Source of the DNA: Eledone cirrhosa
Lineage: Eukaryota
DNA length: 64,000 nt
Assembly: GCA_964016885.1 (NCBI GenBank)
Contig: OZ024740.1
Coordinates: forward strand, 304,916,001 to 304,980,000
Reading direction: 5' to 3'
In this document: positions 13,776 through 28,309 of the stretch, in pieces
Layout: the number at the start of each line of letters is the position of its first letter
Position numbering within the stretch: position 1 is the first letter of the stretch
The notes under the pieces: generated by a model
The model's database searches: none
The model's input: only the letters and a program-made list of their open reading frames with translations
What the model was told of the DNA's origin: nothing
Position numbers and translations under genes: made by a program

Positions 13776-15004
13776 TACTCTTTTACTCTTTTACCTGTTT
13801 CAGCCATCCGGCTGAGGCCATGCTGGGGCACCGCCCTTGCTGCTACACACTTTATCTCCAGCCTGTATAGGTTGGCCACTGGTGTAGGAGGGAGTTTGTT
13901 GCTGCTGCCCTTAGGTTTCCCTCGTGTCTTGCTGTGGGCTCATCCGGGATCCTGGATAACAAGGTGTCGAGATGTTTCTTAAAGACATCCACCTCCACGT
14001 CATGCAAGTCTCGCAGATGCCTCGGCAGCCTGTTGAAGAGTTGAGGGCCCTTGAATCCTAGGCTATTGCAATACCTGCTCCTTATTCTAGATGTGGAAGA
14101 CGGGACCTTTGGCACCACACAGTGACGTCCTGTTCGACGGTTGGTCCAGCTCCCAATGCCAAAGTTTGGTGCTAGTCCCTCCAGGATTTTCCACATGTAG
14201 ATCACTGCGTATCTCTCCCGTCTTCGCTCCAAGGAGTAGAGGTTCAGTTCCTTCAGCCTCTCCCAGTAGCTTGTCTCCCTCATCTTGGCAATCCTCTTGG
14301 TGTAGCTTCGCTGGATTGCCTCAAGCTCTGTGGTTAGTTTGACACTATGGGGTGACCACAGCTGGGAGCAGTAGTCCAGGCGGCTTAGGACAAAAGTCCT
14401 CCACAGTGTCAACATGGTGTCTCGATCTCTTGTAAGGAAAGTCCTCAAGATCCAGCCAGCGAATCGTCTACATGCTGTCGCCACCTTCATGATGTGTGAA
14501 GAAAAAGATGCATCATCGCTCATGTCTATGCCCAGGTCTCGTATCGATTTTGACACGGGGATATCGGTCCCTCCTGGTCCTGTGTAGCTGTGTTCCGCTA
14601 TATTTGTGTTTGTGTTTGCAGGTTTGTATTGTAGGGCTTGGAATTTGCCAGCATTAAACTGCATGTTGTTTTCTTCCGCCCATCTGTATATGGCATCCAG
14701 ATCCTGCTGTAAGAGGGCAGTGTCAGCCGGGTTTTTGATTGCCTGTGCTACCTTAGTGTCATCAGCATAGCTAGTGAGGGATGTTGTTGCATGCACCACA
14801 GAGGGCATGTCCGAGAGAGCCACCAAAAACAGTAGTGGTCCCAGGACTGTCCCCTGAGGCACCCCACTTGTTATCGGTGTTTCCCTCGAGAGAGCCCCAT
14901 TTGCTGCGACTGCCTGGCTTCTGTCCCTCAGGAAGCCATGCAGCCACTCACCTACTTTTCCAGTTATGCCGAGTCCGTGTAGTTTGTGACATATCATTTG
15001 TGAC
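13776..15004 (-). mobile_element. 5'-truncated CR1/Jockey-group LINE
   Basis: Uninterrupted RT C-terminal frame, a short 3' UTR (gcggtgccccagcatggcc...gctgaaac) and a (TAAAAGAG)n tail. Confidence 0.9.
13852..15004 (-). CDS. LINE ORF2 reverse transcriptase, C-terminal about 380 aa (partial)
   Basis: [37 protein letters not shown] and [17 protein letters not shown] motifs with no stops. The upstream IY part of the listed ORF is microsatellite. Confidence 0.88.
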
Positions 15005-16755
<1,751 letters not shown>

Positions 16756-16757
<2 letters not shown>

Positions 16758-18223
16758 GCGCAGAGGGTTCTATAGAAATAGTGGACAGCTTCCGTTACCT
16801 GGGTGACAAAATCAGCAGTGGGGGAGGGTGCTCTGAAAGTACAGTAGCTAGAGTCAGAACTGGATGGAAAAAGTTCAGAGAGCTTATACCACTATTAGCC
16901 GCTAAAGGGTTCTCCCTAAAAATGAAAGGCAGGTTGTATGATGCCTGCATACGAACAGCAATGTTGCACTCAATTTTGTGTCAGAAATGCAAAGTATGGG
17001 TGCATAAAAGATGTAGTGGGATCACAGGTAAGCTAACTAAGAACATAGATTTCACATGTGGCCGGTGCTCTGGTGCAATAAGTAGCAGCAAGTGCCCACA
17101 AAATACTAACTCTTTCAACTGCGCAGAGGGCTCTATAGAAATAGTGGACAGCTTCCGTTACCTGGGTGACAAAATCAGTAGTGGGGGAGGGTGCTCTGAA
17201 AGTACAGTAGCTAGAGTCAGAACTGGATTGAAAAAGTTCAGAGATTTTATACCACTATTAGCCGCTAAAGGGTTCTCCCTAAAAATGAAAGGCAGGTTGT
17301 ATGATGCCTGCATACGAACAGCAATGTTGCATGGCAGTGAGACCTGGGCATTGTGTGCAGAGGATATACGCAGACTAGAGAGGAACGAAGCTTGCATGCT
17401 CCGCTGGATGTGTAATAGTAATATACGTGAACGGCAAAGCATAAACGAACTAAGGAAAAAATTAGAAATAAGAGGGATCAGATGTTGTTTACTCGAGAGA
17501 AGGCTACGTTGGTATGGACACGTGATGCGCATGAAAGACGACAGCTGTATAACAAAGTGCAGGGCAATAAAGATAGATGGTAGCCACGGAGTAGGCAGAC
17601 CCAGGAAAACCTGGGACGAGCTGATAAATTCCGACCTCACACACTTACACCTCTCCAAGACAATGTCACTGGACCGAGACCTTTGGCGGTACTCAGTAAC
17701 AGAGAAGACCCGCCTCACCTAAATACAAAGTAAAACCTACTAGTCAGTAGGCATCTCTAACAAAATACACCTCCGTCCCACCCCATCCACACCGCCCCCT
17801 TCAATGCAAAGTTATGTTGGTGCCACAACATCCAGGCCGAAACAAACGAGATCGTGTAGGTGTCACGACAAAAAAACACACAGTCCACGCTGTAATGTGA
17901 CTGTATAGGCAACACGGTAAAAACCTCCCAGTCCCACACTGTAAATGTGGTTGGTGTTAGGAAGGGCATCCAGCTGTAGAAAACACGCCAGACAGTCCAC
18001 TCTGTAATGTGGCCGTGTAGGCAACACGGTAAAAACCTCCCAGCCCCACACTGTAAATGTGGTTGGTGTTAGGAAGGGCATCCAGCTGTAGAAAACCCGC
18101 CAGACAGTCCTATGCGAGCAAGACAACCACTCTTGCCTCAAGTGGGAAAAGCCCCGTCCAAACCCATGCAAGCGTGGAACAGGGACGTTAAACAATGATG
18201 ATGATGATGATGATGATGATGAT
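16756..18223 (+). mobile_element. 5'-truncated RTE-clade LINE (PHD-containing family) with 3' UTR and (GAT)n tail
   Basis: FRYLGD, MLHGSETW, RRLRWYGHVMR and GRPRKTW motifs; stop at 17722. The 3' UTR has tandem cccacactgtaaatgtgg units. Confidence 0.92.
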
Positions 18224-18225
18224 AA

Positions 18226-18263
<38 letters not shown>

Positions 18264-19832
18264 TTTTTTCAAATTAAAAGATATATGTATAAATATATAT
18301 ATATTCATTTAATTTATTAATTTATTGATATTTTATTTGAGTGACCCGAATCTTCCTGGTCGTTCTTTTTCGGCTGCACGGGTGATTTTAAGCATGCTCT
18401 CCTTGTGTTGGTATTTTAACGATAGTTATAGCTCTGATTTATCCAAATTATTGAGCCCTCTGCCACGCATGTCGAATTTGTTTATCGTGATTTCGTGGGC
18501 TGATATTCCGATTCTCGATTATTCTACTATAAATATATATATATACAGACAACATTTTCCCTCACCCCGGAAAAAAACCCCAGTTGATTGATGTGAATCC
18601 GAAATATATAGGGACTATTAAATCTCTCCCAAGGTAACTCTCTCTTGTGTTGTTATTTTTATTTTATCCTTTATACTCTTCCCTTCATTCTACACATCTC
18701 ACACATCTTATACGCACCACGCATCTCAACGTACACCCACTTACATCTCTCTCTCCACCACCGGACCTTGTTACCCGGAGATTTACCCATTTGCATTGTC
18801 GAGGCTTCCAAACGACTTAAAGATATTTACTTATTGTTCCACAATGCTTCAAGCAAACTTCAATACTCTCATATATATATATTTTTTTTTTTCAAATTAA
18901 AAGATATATGTGTATATATATATATATATATTTTCAAATTAAAAGATATATGTGTATATATATATATTTTCAAATTAAAAGATATATATATATATATATA
19001 TAGAAATAAAGAGCCATATATCATTAGAGAAACATAGTATTTTGTACATATATAAAGTATATAATATTTAGGAAAAGGTACATTCTTTAAAGTGGAAAAA
19101 TTATTTTACATATGGTACCATTTCATAGTTCAGAAACTAAAGCAAAAATTGATCTAAGTAATCGATTATCGATTACCAACTATCAATTTTGGTAAAGCTA
19201 CTGAGAAACATAATCATCATACATATCATATATGCTATGATACCTTAAAATAATATTTAACATTTATCTGCTCCAAATTCTTAATTCGTTGAGCTGCTTA
19301 TATTGTGACTAGTACTTCGAACCTCTGTCTAGTGGATCTACATCCAATCCTATTTGTATCTGCGACCACAGTTAAAACATTCTCACACCATGCAGTCTGT
19401 AGCTGTCTATTGGCTGACTCTTGGATCCCAACAGATATAAAGGCATTTTGTACTTTATTGGAACTTATCTAAAGACGATTCCCCTGTGTGTGTATATATA
19501 TATATAGAAGGAACAAGGGGCTGTGTGGTTACTTGATAAAGTGTATTTAGAAATAAAAGGAAAGCACGAACAAGGGAGAGGTCCCTTCTTCAGTTGTCTG
19601 CTGGGGGTCTGACATTTCAATGCATTAAAGACAATATGTCTATCCCCGGTGTGTCAATAGCTTTTGTAAGTTATTGGGGAAGGAAAAAAGGAGAGAGTAA
19701 AAAATAACAGAAGGGGAAAAAGAGAGAAAAACGCAGGAAACATACCGGTAAGGGGGGGTGGGGGGTGGAAACATGTATGTAAGTAACCGGGAGAGAGAGA
19801 GAGAAGTCAAACCGGCCGCTGAACATATGTGT

Positions 19833-20591
19833 GTGGACATGTAAAAAGACACGACAAAATGTACCCAGCCACACTACAAAGTGGACATGTAAAAGACACG
19901 ACAAAATGTACCCAGCCACACTACAAAGTGGACATGTAAAAGACACGACAAAATGTACCCAGCCACACTACAAAGTGGATATGTAAAAGACACGACAAAA
20001 AGCACCCAGCCCACACTGTAAAGTGGATATGTAAAAGACACGACAAAATGTACCCAGCCACACTACAAAGTGGATATGTAAAAGACACGACAAAATGTAC
20101 CCAGCCACACTACAAAGTGGACATGTAAAAGACACGACAAAATGTACCCAGCCACACTACAAAGTGGATATGTAAAAGACACGACAAAAAGCACCCAGCC
20201 CACACTGTAAAGTGGATATGTAAAAGACACGACAAAATGTACCCAGCCACACTACAAAGTGGATATGTAAAAGACACGACAAAATGTACCCAGCCACACT
20301 ACAAAGTGGATATGTAAAAGACACGACAAAAAGCACCCAGCCCACACTGTAAAGTGGATATGTAAAAGACACGACAAAATGTACCCAGCCACACTACAAA
20401 GTGGATATGTAAAAGACACGACAAAATGTACCCAGCCACACTACAAAGTGGATATGTAAAAGACACGACAAAAAGCACCCAGCCCACACTGTAAAGTGGA
20501 CGTGTAAAAGACACGACAAAAAGCACCCAGCCCACACTGTAAAGTGGACGTGTAAAAGACATGGCAAAAAGCACTCAGCCCACACTGTAAA
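19833..20591 (+). repeat. minisatellite of 16 units of 47/48 bp derived from the RTE/SINE 3' UTR
   Basis: Unit A gtggayatgtaaaagacacgacaaaatgtacccagccacactacaaa and unit B ...aaagcacccagcccacactgtaaa. The array runs directly into the RTE tail, which ends at about 20750. Confidence 0.92.
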
Positions 20592-20919
20592 TGTGGTTGG
20601 CGTTAGGAAAGGCATCCAGCCATACAAAACCAGCCAGTTTTTGAGCGAGACACGATCACCTGACACAACTTGCTTCAAAAATAGGACCCGTCTAACCCAT
20701 GCTAGCGTGGAAGATGAACGTTAATCGATGATGATGATGATGATGATGATAGATATATATGTATATACACATATATATATGTGTGTATATGTTTATAAAT
20801 CTGTGTATGTATACATGTACATAAATTTGAGTATGTGTTGGTTGCTTACCAACACTTCAGTATGCAGGTTAGAGCACTCAACAAAGTGCGCAGGTGGGTT
20901 TATTTACTCTGGAGTAATT

Positions 20920-21575
20920 TAAAAACAAAATCTTTAATAGAGACACGGTGAAGCTCTCATACTCCACCACGCGCAACGTAGCCCAACACATAGCTAGTAT
21001 AAATAGAAATAGACTTAGGACATTTAGACAGACAACAGCTAATCCTATAGACACCCAGCAGAGCCATGACAGGGTAAATAGTGGACCCGAGTCTGACCCA
21101 AGGACCATATGCAAGTCACAGGGATGGACCACCTCAACCTACCCAATGGGCACTCCACAGTAAGCATGCAGGGGTTGACCACTTCATGCAACTGCAGAAA
21201 CCCTGTCTTATGCCCCTTTATGGTGAAGAACCTGGTGTTACAACCCCGAACTCAGAGTACATTTACATAGGAGCAACGTCAATGAGCTTCAAGGACAGAT
21301 GGTATAATTACCACCATTCTTTTAATAGGATCGACAAAAGGAAAAGTACGCCCTTTCCAAACTGATTTGGAAGCTCAAGCTGGACAAGACCCCGTACTCT
21401 TAGGTATGGTTCAAAGTGAGGGAGGTACATCCAGATGGAGGCGGATCTGGCATTTGCAGCCTCTATCTAAGTGAGACACTTGAGATACTCAGTGGTGGAA
21501 TAAATTTAATCAACCACAGGGCAAATTTCTTTGGTACATGTAGACACCTAAGGATGGGAACTTTCCTCAAGCTAT
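20920..21575 (+). pseudogene. PLE C-terminal GIY-YIG remnant (Naiad/Penelope-type)
   Basis: TVKLSYSTTRN, CNCR..LCP, YIYIGATSMSFKDRWYN.HHSF, LIWKLK, ICSL.LSE and LINHR..FFGTCRH motifs, with frameshifts. Confidence 0.75.
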
Positions 21576-22711
21576 ATGGATAGAAACCCCACCACACTGA
21601 GTCCCAGAGACACCAATCTCGCCCACTGTACTTACATCTCTCCTTTCCTCTTTTCTTGTCTCAACTAGCATTTAAAACACCACAGAGCCACACTTACTTA
21701 GCAGTTAGACCCTTCTTTCTCACTTCCTTAGTTCTAACCCAAGTAAACAGCCATTAGTTAATTAGTGAGAAAATATACGTTGACAGAGTCCTACCCTGGA
21801 TATCTCCATGCACCCCACATTTCCGATCACCAGGCTTCATCATCCACCCCTGGTATGTGATCCAGTTTTCCGAAGAACAAGCTACCTCCAACCTAATCCC
21901 TTTCGCACATAAAAGGCAGAACTGATAGTGATTAAATAAGACATACCAATTATTTCTTTTTCCACCCCTCTAAAGGGTACATATGTGTCTGTGTATGTGT
22001 ACGTATACGCGTATGTGTGTGTGTATGTGCTTGTGTGTGTACATAGATATGTTTATGTATGGATGTACATGCATGTATAGATATATGTGTGCATGTATAT
22101 ATAAATTTGTGTGTACGTGTGGAGGTACATCGATATATGTTTGCGGGTGTGTACTAAATGGTTACAATATGGATTATAATGTTTAACACTTGTAAATTTT
22201 AACACTTATAAGTTTTAACACCTACAGTTATGATTCTAACATTCTCTTACTATCAGGAATCTTGATATAGATAAGCATTCATGCTCTCAGATGAACCCAT
22301 ATAAGGTTACATACATGAATTCTTCACTAGCAACTACAATACTACAGCAAAATGAGTGGTAGTGGTTGACCTGTTTACACCACTGCCACTAAGGCTAATT
22401 AGTCACCTAGACCAGAACAACCCTATTTTGTAGGTATATACAATTACCATAGCTGGTTGTTAAAAATAACCCTAGCAGACTGACCTGTTTCAAGGACAAC
22501 TGACCAAAGAAATTCAATAGACTTGGTACTGGAATGTTAAGATAGTATCTGACCAATGAGGGGAAGGTATATTCTTTGGATGCTTGAATTTGTTCATTCT
22601 AATTCATATGCCATCAGTTCTTTAAGAATACCATACCACACTTCGGAACTGGGCATATCAACGAAATAACAAGGTAAACTTTGTTCCACCATTATGTTTT
22701 CCTGTTTTTTT

Positions 22712-22922
22712 CTGATTCGATCTGGTCAGATCCAATCCAGTTTAATCCAATCTGGTCTGATCCTATTTGGTTTGATCCAATCTGGTCCGGTCTGATCCAT
22801 TCTTATCCGATCCGGTTTGATTTAATTCAGTTTGATTCAAACCGGTCTGATTCAGTCCGGTTTGATCCAATCCAGTCTGATCCAATTCAATTTGATCCAA
22901 TCTAGTCTGATCTGATCCAGTT
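22712..22922. repeat. degenerate pentamer satellite (tgatc/ccaat/ccggt)
   Basis: 5-bp periodicity seen directly. Confidence 0.8.
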
Positions 22923-23306
22923 TGGCTTCCACTGATAAGACAATATTGGCAATTCCTATACACCCACCTGAACATTCATTATGTACCTCCCACTGACCAG
23001 TGAAAATTCTATGGCTATGTCCATTATTATCATCCTTTCCATACAACCCTATCCTCCCTCACTGCCACCTCCACCCTGTTTACACTATTGTAATTACCCC
23101 TTCTCAGTTAAATCCCCCTCCCCCACCTCAAGTCTTCCTTTGTTCATACTGTGTTTGCTATTGAAACATTAGTTCTTGTTTAAATACCCTGTGATAAACA
23201 GGAAAAATCCAGAGTAACAAGACTCACTATTTAGCCTTAATAAAACAAATATATAAATGTGTGTGTGTGTGTGTATACACACACACACACACACATACAT
23301 ATATAT

Positions 23307-23650
23307 AAGACCCGACTTCCCACAGGTACAAGCCGAAGCTGAAGCATATAGACAATATGCCACCACCACCCTCCCACTGCAAAGTGGTCGTGGAGGTGCC
23401 ACGGTTAAAAAGCACCCAGCCCACACTGTAAAGTGGTCGTGTAGGTGCCACAGAAAAAAAAAAGCAAGCAGCACTCACTGTAAATCAGGTTGGTGTTAGG
23501 ATGGGCATCCAGCTGTAGAAATCAAGCCAGAATCAGTTCCCGTATGAGCAAGAACAAGGTCAGCTGACCGGACACTGCCCACAACAGGACAACCCATCTA
23601 ACCCATGCTAGCGTGGAAGAATGGACTTAAAACGGTGATGATGAATGATG
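23307..23650 (+). mobile_element. RTE 3'-end fragment
   Basis: aagacccgacttccc...aaaagcacccagcccacactgtaaagtgg...ctaacccatgctagcgtgg...gatg; same subfamily as 45740-46310. Confidence 0.75.
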
Positions 23651-24185
23651 ACACATATACATATAAATATACATATATCCTTCAATTGTGTGCACACACA
23701 ACACATTTAAATATTTTGTGATTTAGAAAGCCATGGCAATGCAGTTGGAGACAGATGAAATATAAATTTAAAAAAAGATTACACATTTACCTTAAAACAT
23801 TTAGTAATCCAATATTTCAGGCAAAAAGATTGAGAGAAAACCCGCTAGGTTCTTTGCAGTTTCAAGTCTATATGATGGAGTAAACTCGTGGTTTTGTTGA
23901 ACTATGAAGAAAGTGGAGTTGGATATTGTGTGGTTTGCATAAGGTATTTCTAACGAGTTCTTTTATAGGTAGGTGAGAGTTTGATATATTATCAGTTAAA
24001 ATATGTCAGTTTAGCACTTAGATTTCCTGAGCGACAGGGCTTTATGGCTTATAACTGGCCTTTACAAGCTATCAGAGTAGGTGTGATATGTCAATGATAA
24101 GGAAGGGTGAGTGACAAAGAGTTTGAATAAACTACATGACAATTGTGACAGATGATATGAAGTAGTGTCAATGATTGTAACTTAA

Positions 24186-25282
24186 CCTTTTAGTGTTCAA
24201 ACCGCCCCAAACCGACTGCAATTATTTCCCCTTCGTTTGTTCAAACCGCTCGAAACCGACCGATAACACCCACACTCAAATATCGTTGTAAAAATAAACA
24301 ATACCGTCAACAAAATCTCATCAATTTGAGATTATTGCGAGATTAGGCGCTTACCGCGAAAATTAACACTTAATATAGTGAAACAACTTAAAACAACATG
24401 TGTTTTTTAAACGTTGAAAGTAGAACAAATTTTTTGTGTATCAACATGGCTTGTGAAAGTAGCAATACCGACTTTGAAGGTTTTACACATGACGACATTC
24501 AGAATGAACAAGAAACAAAAAGATAATATTAGTGATTTATCTTCAAATGAATCAGATGTTTACATTTCTGAAATTTCATCCGATGATGATTGTTGTTTTG
24601 AAAGTGAAAACGAAGGAGATCTCCAGCACGCCATTGAAAATATTACAGCAACGTGGTTGAAAAAATACCACACCAATATATGTTCCCGATTTTATTCAAA
24701 ATACTGGTCCACAACACACATTAGCTCCCGATACTAAAGCACTGGATTATTTCTTTTTGTCTTTACTACAAACTTTCTTCGAAGTTGTGACAGAAGAGAT
24801 TAATCGATATACCCAACAACAGATTTCAAATCGAGGAAAACCCGATCTGTTTGGCGACCGACAGATGCTGCGGAAATGCAAGCATTTTTTACCGTAAATA
24901 TTATGTTCAGTATAAAACAATTTCCAAGACTGGAATTACTGGAACACTGATATAAGGTTTAGTCATCCTTATTTATCAAATATTATGCCGAAAATGTATT
25001 TAAAATTAAACCAGTATTTGCACCTGGTTGATACTTCAAATTCCCCTATTAATTAATTTTACCTGCCCATAAAAGTCAAATTTAACCAAAAAAAAATCGG
25101 GTAATATTATATAATTGTAAATTATTGATATTTAAACATCTACTGACAAAATTTCAAGTCTGCACATAGAACATTAAGAAAATTACAAACATAAAATTGA
25201 TAACCCTCTTGAGTACGATTAACTGAAAATAATGTGAACAGATAAACATGACATTTGACAAATTAATGTGAATGCTAAAAGG
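24186..25282 (+). mobile_element. internally deleted piggyBac-like DNA transposon
   Basis: TTAA|CCTTTTAG...CTAAAAGG|TTAA ends. Acidic N-terminus (SSDDD..ESENE), then ALDYFFL, EEINRY and RPTDAAEMQAFF, typical of piggyBac transposase N-terminal regions; frameshifted. Confidence 0.85.
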
Positions 25283-28200
25283 TTAATTACACACAGTATA
25301 AATTATCCCCACCACTCCCATCCACTTCCTTATTCTCATCATTTATAACATAGCAGACATGCCAGTTAGTGACAAGGCATACATCAGAATGAAAGATAAA
25401 CCAAGAGAGAGGTTAATAACATCTAGTATGATAGAGAGAGACAATATACTGCCCTGATGAGTGGTAAGCCAGAGTTACCTTTGTTATGGCTGTCCAATTT
25501 GAATCCAAGGTAAAAGAACCATAACTGAAGCTGAGAACAAGTTTGAAGCATGTAATTGAAATCTTGTTTAAATTATGTTAATATTCCATTAGGCTTTTAT
25601 CACTAAGGTTGAAGAGAAGAAATTGAAGTGTAGAGCATGAAATGTCAGACTAGATACTTGACATAACAACTGTGTAGTCCATAGCCATTAGCACAGATTC
25701 TGACCAGGAGATGACTGACCACTAGAAATATTCCAAGACATCTCATTAACATCCAACCAAACAAGCAACAGAAAATTAAGAGACTTAGTAATCAATCAAT
25801 CTTCCATTTAGAGAAAGATGGTTAATTCTCTATTTACATTTGGATCTGTTGATTCATTTAGTACTTACCATATAGCAGGTAATTATAGGAATCTACATCA
25901 ACCATAAACAATAATAATATTACAAGTGTAATGCTAACTGGCCATTAACTTACAAACTTGCTGTGTTTAATATCAAAGAGATTTTTAAATTGACATCCTA
26001 TTCTGAGCATTCATATTAATGACAACATTATGGCAACAATTAGTAAATTACAACAGGCAGTTATCTTCCCAAAGAAACAACAGTAAATAAAATTAGGGTT
26101 TAGGTAATTAATATATGATTGCTATTGATATGGGGTGGAAAAAGACACTTGACGCCAATTCATGAAAAATATATAACTACTAGTAGCTTCAAGTGAACCA
26201 AGTTTCTAACCTGATTTTGATTCCCAATTAAAGTTATTTACTTTACTTCGTAAATAACCTTGAACATCTCATTACATCTCTGCTGAAGTAAAAGGTAAAC
26301 AATAGTCAGAAAAACTATAATGTTTGTCATGATAATTACTGGTTTGTTAAGAAAAACAGGAGGGAACAGAAGATAAAAGTCATCTGAGAATAAATAACAG
26401 ATAGGCATCAGCAAGTTTACGAGTCATCACACAAAACTGACCAGTTAGACCTGGATTTAACAAGAGCAATTAGCAATCATGTAGAAGTGTCGACAACAGA
26501 AAAGTAACTATCAAGCTATTTAATCAAATCTTACTCAGCAAGTAGTAGAAGTTGCTTCTTTCTTTAAAACAACAAAGTGAAACAGAAATTAGTTTATTAT
26601 TTGTCAATGTTACTATTATTAATTTAGCTAAATAAAAAACACTACTGATTATAAGCACGTTTATCAAATAATATTTGGAAAAGATTAGTAAACGTTCAAC
26701 ATTTTGTGAAAGAAACAAGTCTTTATTTGATTTTCATACAGGTTCTAAGAAAACTGAATCAAAACACAAAATTTCTACAACTTGATTCAGTAACAAAAAA
26801 AAAAGCAGACATCCTAATGGTTTATATTCAATTCTTTTCTCAAACAGACATTTCTTAAATCTATATTTTTATAACTATTTGTCTGTGGTGTTTAATGAAG
26901 CTTCTCTTACAATATTTTGACTAAACCTTTAGAAAAAATACTGAAAGAATCCACACTGCTACATGAGGCCAGTCTAATGTAATGGAAACAACAGAATTTT
27001 AGATGAAAATACTTAATGAAAGCTAAAGGATTTTAAGAGATTAAGCTAGCGGTCTGTATCCTATAACTAAAGAATAAAAATCAAATATGGAAGAAATCAT
27101 TGTATTTAGACAACTAAGAATATTCCTCCCAACAACAAACACAATATGTACACCCTGCCTTAGCATAGTGCTGGTTTCAGTACCCACCTCAGTAAACCAC
27201 ACGAGTCCCAGGTTCAATTGAGGGTAACCACATTAAGCAAGTACTTAATACATCAGTAGAGTGTATATAACAAAATCTAATATAGAAATAGCTTCTAGAA
27301 GCCATTTCTATATTAAATTTTGTTATATATATATATATATATAAACACAAGGCTAATTAAAGTTACCAAGATAAACAACAGCCAAATATATGTTAATCTG
27401 TGTGTTAATGTTTGTCTTAATTTGGCTGTTATCATATCTTGTTAACTTTAATTATCCATGTGTATATATGTGCATGTTATTTATTCCTCAAAATATATAT
27501 TGTATTGTGTGTATGTGTGTGTATGTCTTAATATAATTAGTTCTTACATACTTGTTATGTTGTTTCATTATATATATTATAATTTTTATTTATATATCAA
27601 AGGTAAAATTATATATACAAAACTGAAATGTATGTAGTGAATTATATATGATAGTATATAATTGCCAAGTAGTTTCAGAATTAGCTCAATGTGTTTATAT
27701 ATTGGTCTGAAGAAAAGGTTGGAAAAGCAGACATAAACAGAGCAAATATAATAAAATATATAGATGGAAAAATTAGCTTTTAAATCATTTAAAATGATTT
27801 AAAAGCTAACTTTTCCATCCATATATTTGATTATATATTTATATATATATATATTATATTATTTATTATTATTATATGAGTGTGTATATACATTTTTATA
27901 GATGGGCTTAAAATTTTACTTCTTACCAAACATGTTTTAAGTAAAATAAATTATATATTTCTTGGCTGTGTCTTTTATTTATTTGACTTACTTTTCATTA
28001 TATTCTTCATTGAATCTAAATATAATAGATTATTATAGCCTTCAGAATCAGTCATTTCCATAAAAATTTATTTTTGGTAACCTTTTGTGAATTAATACTA
28101 GCCATTGGTTATCTATACTTTTGCTCAACTATCTTAATTTATTCATATAAATGAAAATTATAGTTATCTATATATATATCATCATCATCATCTTCGTTTA

Positions 28201-28309
28201 ACGTCCATTTTCCACGCTAATATATATATATATATTTTTATTTTACTATACATATATTTGTATGTGTACATGGATGTATGCATGTGTGAGTGTGCATATA
28301 TATATATAT

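Noticed and set aside
19833-20591. CRISPR-like regular array
   Set aside because: No unique spacers and no cas genes, the context is eukaryotic, and the unit derives from a LINE 3' UTR.
22681-23046. SDPIQ / LDQTG repeat proteins
   Set aside because: Translations of a pentamer satellite.
25453-25480. CTGATGA-gtgg-taag-cca hammerhead start
   Set aside because: No GAAA or stem III follows.
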